A stretch of DNA of 64,000 nucleotides, taken from NCBI GenBank assembly GCA_040954595.2, contig JBECUI020000024.1:496001-560000 (forward strand), read 5' to 3'. Every line of letters begins with the position of its first letter. The stretch's first letter is position 1. The stretch comes from Balanoglossus misakiensis. Its lineage: Eukaryota; Animalia; Hemichordata. The notes under the pieces are model-generated. The model was given only the letters and a program-made list of their open reading frames with translations. It searched no databases and was not told where the DNA came from. The translations under genes were made by a program, and so were the position numbers. Shown here piece by piece: positions 13,001-25,480 of the stretch.

Positions 13001-14162
13001 TTTGCGTCAACCTTGATTAGCCAGGCCATGCAGAGCTAGTGGCCAGTGTCGTGCCCATCAATTTTGAGTGTTTGGTGGGGTCAACCTTTGCGTCAACCTT
13101 GATTAGCCAGGCCATGCAGAGCTAGTGGCCAGTGTCGTGCCCATCAATTTTGAGTGTTTGGTGGGGTCAACCTTTGCGTCAACCTTGATTAACCAGGCCA
13201 TGCAGAGCTAGTGACCAGTGTCGTGCCCATCAATTTTGAGTGTTTGGAGGGGTCAACCTTTGCGTCAACCTTGATTAACCAGGCCATGCAGAGCTAGTGG
13301 CCAGTGTCGTGCCCATCAATTTTGAGTGTTTGGTGGGGTCAACCTTTGCGTCAACATTGATTAACCAGGCCATGCAGAGCTAGTGGCCAGTGTCGTGCCC
13401 ATCAATTTTGAGTGTTTGGTTGGGTCAACCTTTGCGTCAACATTGATTAACCAGGCCATGCAGAACTACATTGTAGTGGCCAGTGTCGTGCCCATCAATT
13501 TTGAGTGTTTGGTGGGGTCAACCTTTGCGTCAACATTGATTAACCAGGCCATGCAGAGCTAGTGGCCAGTGTCGTGCCCATCAATTTTGAGTGTTTGGTG
13601 GGGTCAACCTTTGCGTCAACATTGATTAACCAGGCCATGCAGAGCTAGTGGCCAGTGTCGTGCCCATCAATTTTGAGTGTTTGGTGGGGTCAACTTTTGC
13701 GTCAACATTGATTAACCAGGCCATGCAGAGCTAGTGGCCAGTGTCATGCCCATCAATTTTGAGTGTTTGGTGGGGTCAACCTTTGCGTCAACATTGATTA
13801 ACCAGGCCATGCAGAGCTAGTGGCCAGTGTCGTGCCCATCAATTTTGAGTGTTTGGTGGGGTCAACCTTTGCGTCAACATTGATTAACCAGGCCATGCAG
13901 AGCTAGTGGCCAGTGTCGTGCCCATCAATTTTGAGTGTTTGGTGGGGTCAACCTTTGCGTCAACATTGATTAACCAGGCCATGCAGAGCTAGTGGCCAGT
14001 GTCGTGCCCATTAATTTTGAGTGTTTGGTGGGGTCAACCTTTGCGTCAACATTGATTAACCAGGCCATGCAGAGCTAGTGGCCAGTGTCGTGCCCATTAA
14101 TTTTGAGTGTTTGGTAGGGTCAACCTTTGCGTCAACATTGATTAACCAGGCCATGCAGAGCT
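10083..14162. repeat. 86-bp satellite array (about 48 units; 82/83-bp variants) with a 1357-bp higher-order duplication
   Basis: Unit TAGTGGCCAGTGTCGTGCCCAT(T/C)AATTTTGAGTGTTTGGTGGGGTCAACCTTTGCGTCAACATTGATTAACCAGGCCATGCAGAGC; starts at 10083 and 10169 give an 86-bp period. Confidence 0.97.
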
Positions 14163-14759
14163 ACATGTATGTTGCCTGTAAGGCACACATCTCCAATTGG
14201 TACATTGGGCCTATCATACTGTACATGTACAACTAGGAAAATGTACTTCATCATATTTCCATAGTCAGCAGCTTCAAGAACATGTTGCCTTCTCTATATG
14301 AATTTTTAGACTAAAAAGAAGTATAAGAAGAATAAAGTTGTCCAATTATTGTTGGCAGGGGGTGGGGATGTGTGCTCCCATACAAATGTATATGGGTATG
14401 TACTCTTTAAGAAAAACGTTCATATGCAAGAGAAAAATGGTAAATGACAAAGAAAATTTGACTGGTATTACAATAGGACGGGTTTTTGGCATTTACACAT
14501 ATTGATGTTATCAACCGGGAAGCACACTATGTGCTGAAAATAATTGGAGAGCTCTCGCCCGGGGTGTCGGCCAGTGGCCACATACATTTCCAGTCCTAAA
14601 CCTTGCATCAGTTCTGTGGTGCGGATTAAAAAATAAGATTGGCGCTACAATATGCCCACTTAGTTTGAAATGGATTCTGCATATATACATGTAAACACAT
14701 TGAAAATGAGATATTACACATATAATCATGGGACAAGAAGGGCAAAAATTAAATTATCC

Positions 14760-15470
14760 AGCAGGTGTTCGAATTATGCAAATTAGAACAGTTGTGTAAT
14801 ATTGCCATGTCAACCACGTTGAAATTGTATTAGGTACCCATATTAATTAAAACCGTGAAAATGCGATATTACACACCATATAAGACAAACCAGGGAAATT
14901 TACATGTTAGAGAAGTTTGTCGGACATTTTGGATTATGCAAATTAGAACAGTTGTCTAATATTGCCATGTCAACCACGCTGAAATTGTTTTAGTTACCCA
15001 TATTGATGAAAACCCTGCAAATGCGATTTTAGGCACCATATAAGACAAAACAGGGAAATTTACATTTAAGAAGAGTTTGGTGGCCATTTTGGATTATGCA
15101 AATTAGAACAGTTGTCTAATATTGCCATGTCAACCACGCTGAAATTGTTTTAGTTACCCATATTGATGAAAACCCTGCAAATGCGATATTACACACTATT
15201 AAAGACAACCATAGTAAATTTACATGTTAGAGAAGTTTGTCGGCCATTCTAGATTATGCAAATTAGAACAGCTGTCTAACATTGCAATGTCAACCACGTT
15301 GAAATTGTTTTAGGTACCCATATTGATGAAAACCCTTCAAATGCGATACTACACACTATTTAAGACGACCATAGGAAATTTACATGTTAGAGGAGTTTGG
15401 CGGCCATTTTGGACTATGCAAATGAGAAGAGTTGAACAAAAAATGCCATATTTGCAATGCTGTTGTCTTG
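14760..15470. repeat. 160-bp tandem repeat (about 4.5 units) carrying the octamer ATGCAAAT
   Basis: TATGCAAAT recurs near 14776, 14936, 15095, 15255 and 15415. Only about 2 units are present in the mirrored arm (40760-40990), and diverged relatives lie at 42200-42560. Confidence 0.9.
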
Positions 15471-15829
15471 TTTTGGGTGCCTATGTTAAGGCTTGAAAAT
15501 GAAAGCTTATTCACCATTTTGGCACAAACAGTGGCGAGAAGGTGTTCCAATGTAACTTAGAAGAGTTGCCATATTTGCAATACAGTTATATTGTTTAAGG
15601 TATGAATGCAAATCCTGAATATTAGATTTATAACAATTTCATTGGAAAGAACATTTGTAGGTTCATCATTGACCCCATAGGACTGTCAACTCGACTACAG
15701 ACAGTCTCGATGAACACAAGACATGATCCCAATTTGCAAGCTGAGTTGAAACTGACTGCTGCAGTAACTTTAGCTCTGGGAATGTCTTGTGTGATTTAAA
15801 GCAATTGATGACCAAATTTAACACAGTTT

Positions 15830-16640
15830 CTCTGAGGTAACCACTTAGCTTTCGTGACTGGTTGTTTAAGAATCCAAAAAACATGAATTCTACCCAATGA
15901 ATTCAACCCTTAGAATTTCACAACTGTAACAGAGTTTGCAGTCATGCACAAAAGTGTGTATCATACACATAAGAAATTTCTCACATGTATTTTTATGATG
16001 GCAATGCATTTGACTGTAAACAAACATTGACATCAATCAGTAGCGCTATTTTGTCAGTGAAATGGCTTCATCATCATCCCTCCAACCAAAGTTGAAACTG
16101 AGTTGCAAATATTGCACAGCTTGAAATCATAAAATGTTGCAAAATTGAACCAACAGTTCGGTCAATGATCAAGTTCTTACAGCTATTATTAGAACCAGAC
16201 AATCTCAGCGAACAAGAGACATGGGCCTTATTTGCAAGTCGAGTTAGAACTGCCTTTGCCTGCCCACGGACGCCCCAGTTTCAGCAAAAATTATTGCATT
16301 AAAATGTGAGTATGGAGAACTATGCTCTGTGTTCCTTTTGTTAGCTTACATAGCTGTTGTCATTCTAGTTTTTCCTCTGTCCTGTGAACAGAGTTTCAGT
16401 TGCGAAAACCGACAGTTCTTAAAGTACAAAAGTACACCTAAATTGCCTCGGTGATGAGCATGCAGAATTTATCTGATGCTTTTTACTGGCAGAAGGACCC
16501 CACCAGTTGCAGATTGTCAATTCCATGGCACAAGGGAATTTACGCTTTGCGTTCAAATATAAATAATTAACACCTGTTTAATTTTTCTATATGTTCTTTA
16601 GTGATGATTCAAAAGTATTATGACTGCTAGTGTGATTAAT
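15830..16640 (+). repeat. About 0.8-kb repeat X, copy 1 of four alternately oriented copies
   Basis: Reverse complement at 22720-23520, direct copy at 31430-32250, reverse complement at 39060-40430 (MITE-interrupted), partial copy at 42630-42780. Confidence 0.9.
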
Positions 16641-17899
16641 ATTCTATTTTCAAAATGTGTTTTTCTTAATGATTATGAATACATCAAAATTTATGCTTTA
16701 AAATTAAATCATTTTACCTGAAATATTGCAAATATTTGGAGGGTTGCATTTAATTTGAAGTTCTCGATCAAAGTTTTAGGCATAAAAAAGGTGCTACACC
16801 CCCGAAAAATTGGTAGCTATGAATTCAATTCAAAGAGTGTTGTAATGTCTGTTTTGCAACAGGGTGCCAGTTCAACAAAGCGCATGAGGATAGTAAATCA
16901 CCTTTGTGAATTTTGTGCACCACAGTAAGAATTCCCTAGAAACTGCAAACTAAATTGCAAAGCAATCAGACAAAAATGGCAGTAATTGCCAAAAAAAAAA
17001 AAAAAAAAATATTGTCACTTCCATCACTGGGTTTGTTAAATTGTCATAAAATCACACCTAAAAACATGCAAACCAAATTTTAAAAAAAATGTGGGTAGAG
17101 GTTTCTGAGTATATGACGACCAAAATCACCCCAAAATATACTTCAAAAATGAAAAATAAAATCTGTATAAAGTCTCAATAACATAAATACACACCAATTT
17201 CTAAAGCAATCTGACCAGTACCTTCTTGAGTTTCTGAGTTTAGAACAATTTCACATTGGTCCCAATGGTATATTGACATATACAAAATTGGACCTAAAGA
17301 GTAAAACACATTTCAAAGATTTTACAATTAAAGCCTCACAAGCTGCCAAATTTTACACATCTTTTTCCACAATAACATTTTTCAAATCATCCACCTATCC
17401 TTTAAAATCAGCACCATTGAGACATATTACTTGAATTTGCATGGGGTTTGTCATCTCTCTGCGATGTGTACCCTCCATATGGAGGCTGATTAAAACAGGT
17501 GTGGCGCTTGTTTAATATCTGACTTCTTTAAATTGCAACATACAGGCACATTCATTAGTCAATAAAATGTTCATGTATACCTATCAGTCAGTTTGTTTAG
17601 ATGAACAAATCTAAGATGGAAAGTAATATCATGAAAATACTGAAAGATTGGAAACTCTGAGTTTGAGTCTAAGGATAACAAGGGAACCTCTCTACTATTT
17701 GACGCACCAAAGCTATGAAAAACTTCCTTCTTTCCCTCAAATATTTTTTATGAATATGTTCTACTCCGTGATTAAAATTTCCCTTTTACCAAATGTACAT
17801 ATGTAAGAGACGTGATTTTTTCAGCAAAATTTCAATTGGCCTAGGGTGACTTTTTACCTACTTACCCATATTGGGTAGCATGAAACACAGAATGGCATA

Positions 17900-19090
17900 C
17901 CAGTGGGTTAGAGATACAGCGTTTTATATTAACATGAATTAACATGAAACTAAAAATTTGATGGTTTACTTAGGACTGCCTTGATCCATGGTAACCTCAT
18001 TAAATATGTACATATCTAATTCTAGGCTATCCAGTTGCGGTAGAAACCTGGACATGGACAACTTTGGGGTCAAAATCTTTTGACAAAATGTTGGGTGATC
18101 TTGGGTAAACTTTGACCTACATTCCTATATCTTGGCATCCGGCACAGATACATCCCTGACACTTGGAGTGATGGAACTGCATAATGGAGTATTATGTCTC
18201 AGCTAGTCACAGTGCTTTTGCTGTGTTTTATGTCTTTTATTCAGCCAAATTAGATGTTTTTCATTACACATTGGCTGTGTTTGCCAGTACTTTTTAGCTG
18301 GTCACACTGCCTTAACACAATGTATTCTCAAAATACTCTGCAATCTTTATGAAGCATATACAGCAGACAAAGTTGTGGTAAGACTAAACTTGCCCTTCTT
18401 TGTGATTAAAGCATGACCGGCCTGTCTTAGGTGGCCCCTACCTAGGGGCTTTACCCGTCATTGGCTCACAGTCTGAGAAATCAGCTCTGCAGGGAAGTTA
18501 ACGATGTAACCCACCATTAAAGCTTGGATTTCCGCTTTTTGTATTTGATGCCTGGCTGAGGCCTTCTTAGGATCTACCCAACACTGAGTAGGCTATCCCG
18601 TCATTGGCACACAGTCTCAGGGAGGGAGTCAAAAGTTCAGTATACCATCAAAGCCTTTATATTGTCCATTCTTTTTAAGAGAAGGCTGGCTGCTGTAGAA
18701 AAATGTTGATCTCAAATTTATCATGTCCAAAAAGCCAGACTTCCAGCCCTATTGGTTAGGCTGGCATTAGGTAAGTACATAATTAATGAGGCAAGACATA
18801 ATACTCAATCAAATAGTTCCATCACTCCAAGTGTCAAGGTTGTATCTGCTCCGGATGCTAAAATATAGGAATGTAGGTCAAAGTTTACCCAAGATCACAC
18901 AAATGTTTGTCAAAAGATTTTGACCCCGAAGTTGTCCATGTCCAGGTTTCTACTTCAGCTGAATAGCCTAGAATTAGATATGCACATATTTAACGAGGTT
19001 ACCATTGCTCAGGGGGGTCTTAAATTAACCATCAAATTTTAGTTTCATATTAATGCATATTAATATAAAACACTGTATCTCTAACCCTAC
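17900..19090. repeat. Nested inverted repeat (17900-18200 / 18795-19090) bracketing a conserved unique core; mirrored at about 34000-35170
   Basis: GGGTAAACTTTGACCTACATTCCTATAT...GACACTTGGAGTGATGGAACT at about 18100-18178 vs its reverse complement at about 18815-18890. Confidence 0.9.
18220..18692 (-). ncRNA. Putative terminal exon of a non-coding transcript with twin hairpins (left-arm copy)
   Basis: Minus-strand acceptor TTTTTCTACAG, AATAAA near 18240, roughly 96-97% identical (manual count) to 34382-34855, no long ORF. Confidence 0.4.
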
Positions 19091-19637
19091 AGGTAAGCCT
19101 AGAATTAGGTACATGTACATGCGTAAGTTTTTGACAAGACAGTTAAGCTGTAATATATGTACATGAACCTTGACAATTGACTTAAAATAACATAAAGGCA
19201 GAACTGATACTGATTGGAGATAGATATTACTGATGACAGTGATGTTAATTACACCAGGAATGTTTGTCTTAGTATACGGTAGCTAACCGACTGCTTGAGG
19301 TTAAGTAATGAAAGTGCCCACTTGCGATTCACCTTCAAATAGCTACTTAGTCTTTGGTACATGTACATTGTTTTTCCAATGATTAGACAAATGATATACA
19401 TACGTGTAATTAAGGTTGGGTAGCATTTTCAATGTAATAAGCCCTGCCTTCACTATAATCTTACACCAAATCAACACTGTTCAGTAATGTGATAGGCTTC
19501 AAAGCGACGCTAGTTACATCATAATTCCCAGCAAGGGGTATTAGTTTATTGGGCAAGTGGCATGAGTGAGGCCAGACATTAGTTTTGGAAGCAAAGCGGA
19601 CAGAACACTGCCGGGCATAGACTAGGTAGTTCTGAAT

Positions 19638-21026
19638 AGTCATGTTTCATAAGTCAGGTCCATGACATATGTACCGACATTTGTGATTGGTCCATCTGGT
19701 AATCTTAGGTCCACTTGAGGCACGGTGATTGGAGGGACCTTATGTGTTAGGTCTTATTATTATGTATTATTCACTAGACCTTGTAGGTTAGGTCTTATTA
19801 CTATGTATTATTCACTTTACAGCTCCCTGATTGGTTAATGTGTAGGTCTCCAATTTTCACTGCCTCGTTATGCAAAGTCTTTTGTACTTTCTGAATACAG
19901 TTGTCGTATTCTGTCTGGCATGCTGCCTGCGCGTTGTCGAAGCTCGATCCCAGTGTATAAAGAAAGGCACTCATATAATGATTGGATTTAACCTTTCCTT
20001 CACTATTCATGGCATTTTTTTGTGATACTGTGAACTAGATACTCGAAATAAAAATTGCCAGGATAATTTTTTTATTTTATTTCCAGTGGCGGTTTGTTGA
20101 AATGGGCTAGTGTTTTGTTACGTAATGCTTTTCAGCGCATCACTTTGTGTAACACCTGGCTGAATACGAAGTGTGTGCTATTCATTCGAGCAAACCAAAA
20201 ATATCTTACAATAGAACTGTTTAGAATAGCATTGCATTTCTTTAATTGGGATACCTCATTAGTTGCTTTACAGGTATGATTACTTTTATTGTACTTCTTT
20301 CACGAAGCTGCACCGTCATAGTTCCATTTTTATGAAAACAATATACGAATGTATAAACGGACAACGTACTCCTTTTCACAACATCTACGTCAAAACAAAT
20401 TTACTTTAAAATAGTAAAACAACAATAATAATATTGATGATGAGAAGTAGGAGGGTGATTTAAGAAAATATACAACTGTTAGCAAAAATGCTTAGATGTG
20501 TTAATCAGATTTTCAAAGTCCATCTAAAAATCATTTAATCTTTCCAGGGTGCGGTTTATGTTGGAGATAGTATCAGTCAGGCTATTTCTCAGAAAATTAA
20601 TGAATGATCTGCGGACATCCCGAATAATGTGTTACCACAACGCTAGCCAGGAAGCACATGGGACATTTCACAATGAGGCAGTGAACACTGGGAGACCAGA
20701 CTGACACGTTAACCAATCAGGGAGCTGTATGGTGAATAAATACATATTAATATGACCTAACCTACAAGGTCCTGTATTATGAGGCAGTGAACACATGGGG
20801 GACCAGACTGACACGTTAACCAATCAGGGAGCTGTAAAGCGAAAAATGCATAGTAATAAGACCTAACCTACAAGGTCTAGTGAATAATACATAATAATAA
20901 GACCTAACCTACAAGGTCCCTCCAATCAGCGTGCCGCAAGTGGACCTAAGAGAAGCGGATAAACCAATCAAAACATGCAATACATGTGTATAGGACGTGT
21001 AATGTAGGTCATTTTGAAACAGGACT
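19638..21026. mobile_element. Non-autonomous TIR element with 3-bp TSD (AAT), PIF/Harbinger-like; present only in the left arm
   Basis: Termini AGTCATGTTTCA / TGAAACAGGACT; long subterminal inverted blocks at 19700-19850 and 20800-20950. The empty site in the right arm (about 33460-33480) reads TCTG-AAT-GTGACC on the minus strand. Confidence 0.85.
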
Positions 21027-22121
21027 AATGTGACCATGGACGTTACCACATTAGACTCTGTATTGTAAGTTTCTGAAGAATCGCAAAAAATCATCAACAG
21101 TCTACATGTACTTCAACCCTGTGAGAAGTACTGTATAACACACAGGATATACTAGTCACTGTTGGTCAGGTTATTACACACTGTGGTCCCATCTGGGGAT
21201 TACACAAAATTAGGTATGTCTGTGTTCATGGGAAAAATCATGTGACATTGGCAAGCAGATATGACCTTCTGTAAGAACATTTCAAAGGAACCAGACAAGT
21301 ATTTTAGGGAAAACAACATTCAACAATGACAAAAACTGCCTCAAACCACATCTATCCAACTATCAACAAATTGTATAATATCTACTTCAATCACCACGCC
21401 TACCAAAGTTGAAAGCAATCTGACTAGTAGTTTCAAAGAATACAAATTGCAAAAATTGCCCCAAGACCACAATATGTAAATTTCACCAAAATGATATACA
21501 ACATTACTTGGGTTACCTCTTGGAACAAGCATACCAAAATTTAAAAGCAATCTAAGGAGTTTCTCAGAAAATGAATTTTGACCAAAAATGACAGATTACA
21601 AATTCTGCGACAATTTAAACAAAACCAACTAAGATCACCTACCGGAAGTGTCATACTAAATTCTAAAGAAATCAGCCAATCTCTTTAAGAGGAAAAGATT
21701 TTTTTTCAAATGGTAAAACAAGACAAAATAATTGCATGAAAAATAGACAATTCACGATATAAACTCAAAGTATATCAGGTATGATGACATTACCTACATG
21801 CATACAAATGTTCAAAGCAGTCTAACCAGTTGTTGAGTTTTGATCAATTCCACATATTTCACAGGTTATTTGCGTATTTTTGCAATGACAACTTCATTTA
21901 AGCAAAATCCCATCTACACACCAAAATAAAAAAAGCGTGGTTTCATGTTTTGGATCAGGGCAGAAATACATCCATATATACATGTAACATGCATACACAC
22001 ATGTACACTCACACACAAACACATGCATACATGGCTGCATACATACATACATACATACATACATACATACATAGGGAAACGGTCTGGTAATCAATGTTAT
22101 GACACTAGCATTAGGCCTTAA

Positions 22122-22576
22122 ACCCCGGTGCGGAAAGTACTGGGGTTCGGATTAACGTGTGTTTGTACAGTTGTTTATTTGGGAGTGGTCGTCGTGCATA
22201 ATAACTGTGTAATTGATCTCATGTACATAGAAAATAATTGAACACTTTACACCTCTATGCGATTGACAGCTGTTTGAATGGCGTGGTTATTGTTTCCCAG
22301 GGATGCTTCTGAAAAGCACTGAAACCAGATTTCTCCCAAAATCATCGTTGTTTCAAAAGCTCGTGTACTTTTTCATCGATAACTTTATGTTGTGTGTGTT
22401 TATAAAGCCAACCACTGTCGTTGTGTGGTGTAATTCTTTATGCTTGGATCTGTTTGGGCCGATTTTCATAGAGCCAAGATCGTTAGAGCCAAGATCGTTG
22501 GTGTTGTCTGTTGTCAGTCAAACGGCATTAAGATTCGCCACTGATTTGGGGGGTCTTTTATACCACGCATCGGGGT
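22122..22576. mobile_element. TTAA-targeting MITE (piggyBac/Kolobok-like); present only in the left arm
   Basis: TTAA-ACCCCGGTGCG ... CGCATCGGGGT-TTAA. The empty site GGCC-TTAA-TGTA is on the minus strand of the right arm at about 32350-32362. Confidence 0.88.
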
Positions 22577-24029
22577 TTAATGTTTACGATATCAGGACAA
22601 TTTATATCATATGAAGTTTTATGTATTCATAATTATTCAGAGAAGCAAATTTTTAAAAATGTGAAATTGTTATCAATCGGATGTGCACTGACAGCATGCT
22701 TATATGGAATACAGGTACTCTAACACAATCAGTCATAACACTTTTGAATCATCAATAAATAACATATAGAATAATTTTACAGGATTTAATTATTTATATT
22801 TGAACGCAAAGCGTAAATTCCCTTGTGCCATGGAATTCACAATCTGCAACTGGTGGGGTCCTTCTGCCAGTAAGAAGCATCAGATAAATTCTGCATGCTC
22901 ATCACCGAGGCAATTTAGGTGTACTTTTGTATTTGATAACTGTCGGTTTTCGCAACTGAAACTCTGCTCACAGGACGGAGGAAAAACTAGAATGACAACA
23001 GCTATGTAAGCTAACAAAAGAAACACAGAGCATAGTTCTCCATACTCATATTTTAATGCAATAATTTTTGCTGAAATTGGGGCGTCCGTGGGCAGGCAAA
23101 GGCAGTTCTAACTCAACTTGCAAATCAGGCCCATGTCTCTTGTTCCCTGAGACTGTCTGGTTCTAATAATAGCTGTAAGAACATAATCGTTGACCAAAGG
23201 GTTGGTTCAATTTTGCAACATTTTATGATTTCAAGCTGTGCAATATTTGCAACTCTGTTTCAACTTTGGTTGGAGGGATGATGATGAAGCCATTTCACTG
23301 ACAAAATAGCACTACTAACTGACATCCATATTTGTTTACAGTCAAATGCATTGCCATCAGAAAAATGCATACGAAAAAATTCTTATGTGAATAATACACA
23401 CTTTCTTGCACAACTGCAAACTCTGTCACATTTGTGAAATTTTAAGGAAATTCATTCATTGGGTAGCTTTATGAATTCTTAAACAAACTTAGTCATGAAA
23501 CCTAAATGGTTACCTTACACATCTGGCGGCTCGACTTCTGTGATATGATAGTCTTCAATTAATGTGTATGTGATTCCATACAAATCCATATGATTACCTG
23601 AACGTACAAAATAAATAAAAAAAAAAAATAAATTAAAAATAAATAAGTATCTCATACATATGCATAAGTGCTTGTGATAAATATATCCTGTATTTAAATA
23701 AACCTGTCATTTATTGACCTCGTTTTCCTATTAACCCAAAGGACTAGATTGCACTGTAATATTATTACAGCTTCATTTCAATGCAACAGGTACACTACAT
23801 CATATTGGAGCAAATATGCCAGCTCAACATTGATATAAAGAGTGTCAAAATATTGGTGGCTACAAAAGCTTGTGTCCCTTCAATCCATCCTCGCACTCAG
23901 GTGAAAACGAACGTCATTAGTTTTTGGGAAAAAACCTCTGAAATCAATTTCGGTGAGGCCAAATGTGTTCCAAAGGCAAACCGTTTCTGGTAAACAAATC
24001 AATGGCAAATAATTACTTCGGCGACATAC

Positions 24030-24221
24030 CAATCAGTCAACATGGCTGCCTAATCGTTTGATAGCCCGGTTTCATCTCGCGATCATTCTGTCTTCCGATA
24101 TGGCGTTGCATGGTTAAATTCGTCTCTTCTTTGCCGACATAGTCAGGCGACAGCGGTCCAGAAGCATAGGCAGCGACGCCATCTTGTTTACAATGTGAAG
24201 TATCGACTGCGCATGCTCAAT
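24030..24221 (-). promoter_or_regulatory. Putative promoter and first exon (left-arm copy)
   Basis: NRF1-like TGCGCATGCTCA at 24208-24219, YY1-type CAAGATGGCG at about 24177-24186 (minus), donor G|GTATGT at 24029. Confidence 0.5.
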
Positions 24222-25261
24222 AATTTTCCGCGTTTTTTTTTTTGCCAACGGCGCGCGCGCGGTGTCTGGTATAGAGAAAATAACATGCAAGTGCGCGATT
24301 ATTCATTTGTAAAAAATCAGTTATACATTTGTCATCAACGTTTGAAAACTTTCAATGATCTTACCTCGGTAAGCATTTCAAATAGGTACATTTTTATTTA
24401 GAACCATCGTATGTGGAAAATAATAAAACACAGAGTGGGGATTGGCCCTATGTTTGACTTGATCATACCCAGCTCGGTTTGCGTTTTGTCATTGACGAGG
24501 GTGTCAGACTTTTGCTGAGAGAGTGAGTTTCTATAGCGTAAACGTTTATCGACTGGACTTTCTGTGCGCCAACAATTACATTATTTGTGGCCGGGGAACA
24601 CGTGCAACTTTTGATGACTGTTTTTCTAGCGCCGTGTTTTTATCTTACGACCTAGAATACCTGCTTTCGTCACCATGGTCTGCTCTGCACGTACTATGCT
24701 TTCCAGTTTATGTAGCTTGAAGTTGTACCACATTTTGGTTTCCGAGCTGTAGCGAACATAAAACCGAAACTAATAGCTACGTGTTGACCGCAGCGACTGC
24801 GTGTTTTTTTGTTGTATTCCCAACCTACAGTTTATTCTCATGCAGCTCAGACTGAGGTCGCTTCTAAGAGAAAAAACAACAACATATTTTGGCTGCTGCC
24901 AGACCAGGAATGGAAAATCTTGAGTGGCGCTGGGCTGCATTTCTCTGTAGGACTGTAGTTGTATTGTGCAAGGGTTCGCCAGCATCGCCTTCAGACTTGT
25001 TGTCATAGTCACTGGTGGCGGTTTGTCCTGCACTACTCGTCGTTCTGGTATTATTCCCAGATGTCTGTGCCGAGGATCCTGCCCGTTTTCCGATTCTCTT
25101 CGTTTTGTCGGCCATTTGCTTCACTTTTTCTGTCATTGTTGCGACGTCAGTCTCTGTTGTTGTTCGAAGGAGGCGAAAGTCCATTCACCATTAATAGCCG
25201 AATTTCCAAGATCGTCCGTTAATTACAATGCGACGTCACGCTACCATGTCCTAAGAAAGAC

Positions 25262-25480
25262 TACAGGGCACATTTTTTTATCTCGTGCGCACGACTTACG
25301 TGTGCATGTGATATTTTCTCGTGAACACGAGTGCGCTCGCAATTTTCTCGTGCGCACGAGATATGCACGAGATAGCATGTTTCTCGTGCACACGAGAAAA
25401 CATCTCGCTGGAACAAGATACTATCTCTTGCACAAGAAATAGAATAACTGGCAGCCACTATGATGTCTGCCACAGGCAAA
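25262..25480. repeat. Cluster of palindromic TCTCGTGCGCACGAGA motifs (degenerate MITE interior)
   Basis: At least 6 full or partial copies of the self-complementary 16-mer between 25280 and 25440. Confidence 0.7.

Larger units (their letters stand above)
14170..24221 (+). repeat. Left arm of giant inverted duplication
   Basis: Colinear reverse-complement matches to 30514-41668: 14171-14420 vs 41410-41668, 15690-15870 vs 40400-40585, 18190-18800 vs 34270-34900, 23520-24221 vs 30514-31440. Confidence 0.95.

Noticed and set aside
10083-14162. CRISPR-like array
   Set aside because: Units are contiguous near-identical monomers with no unique spacers, there are no cas genes, and the context is eukaryotic.
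24864-25184. 106-aa Ser/Thr-rich ORF in the spacer
   Set aside because: Low complexity, no recognisable domain, no supporting splice structure.
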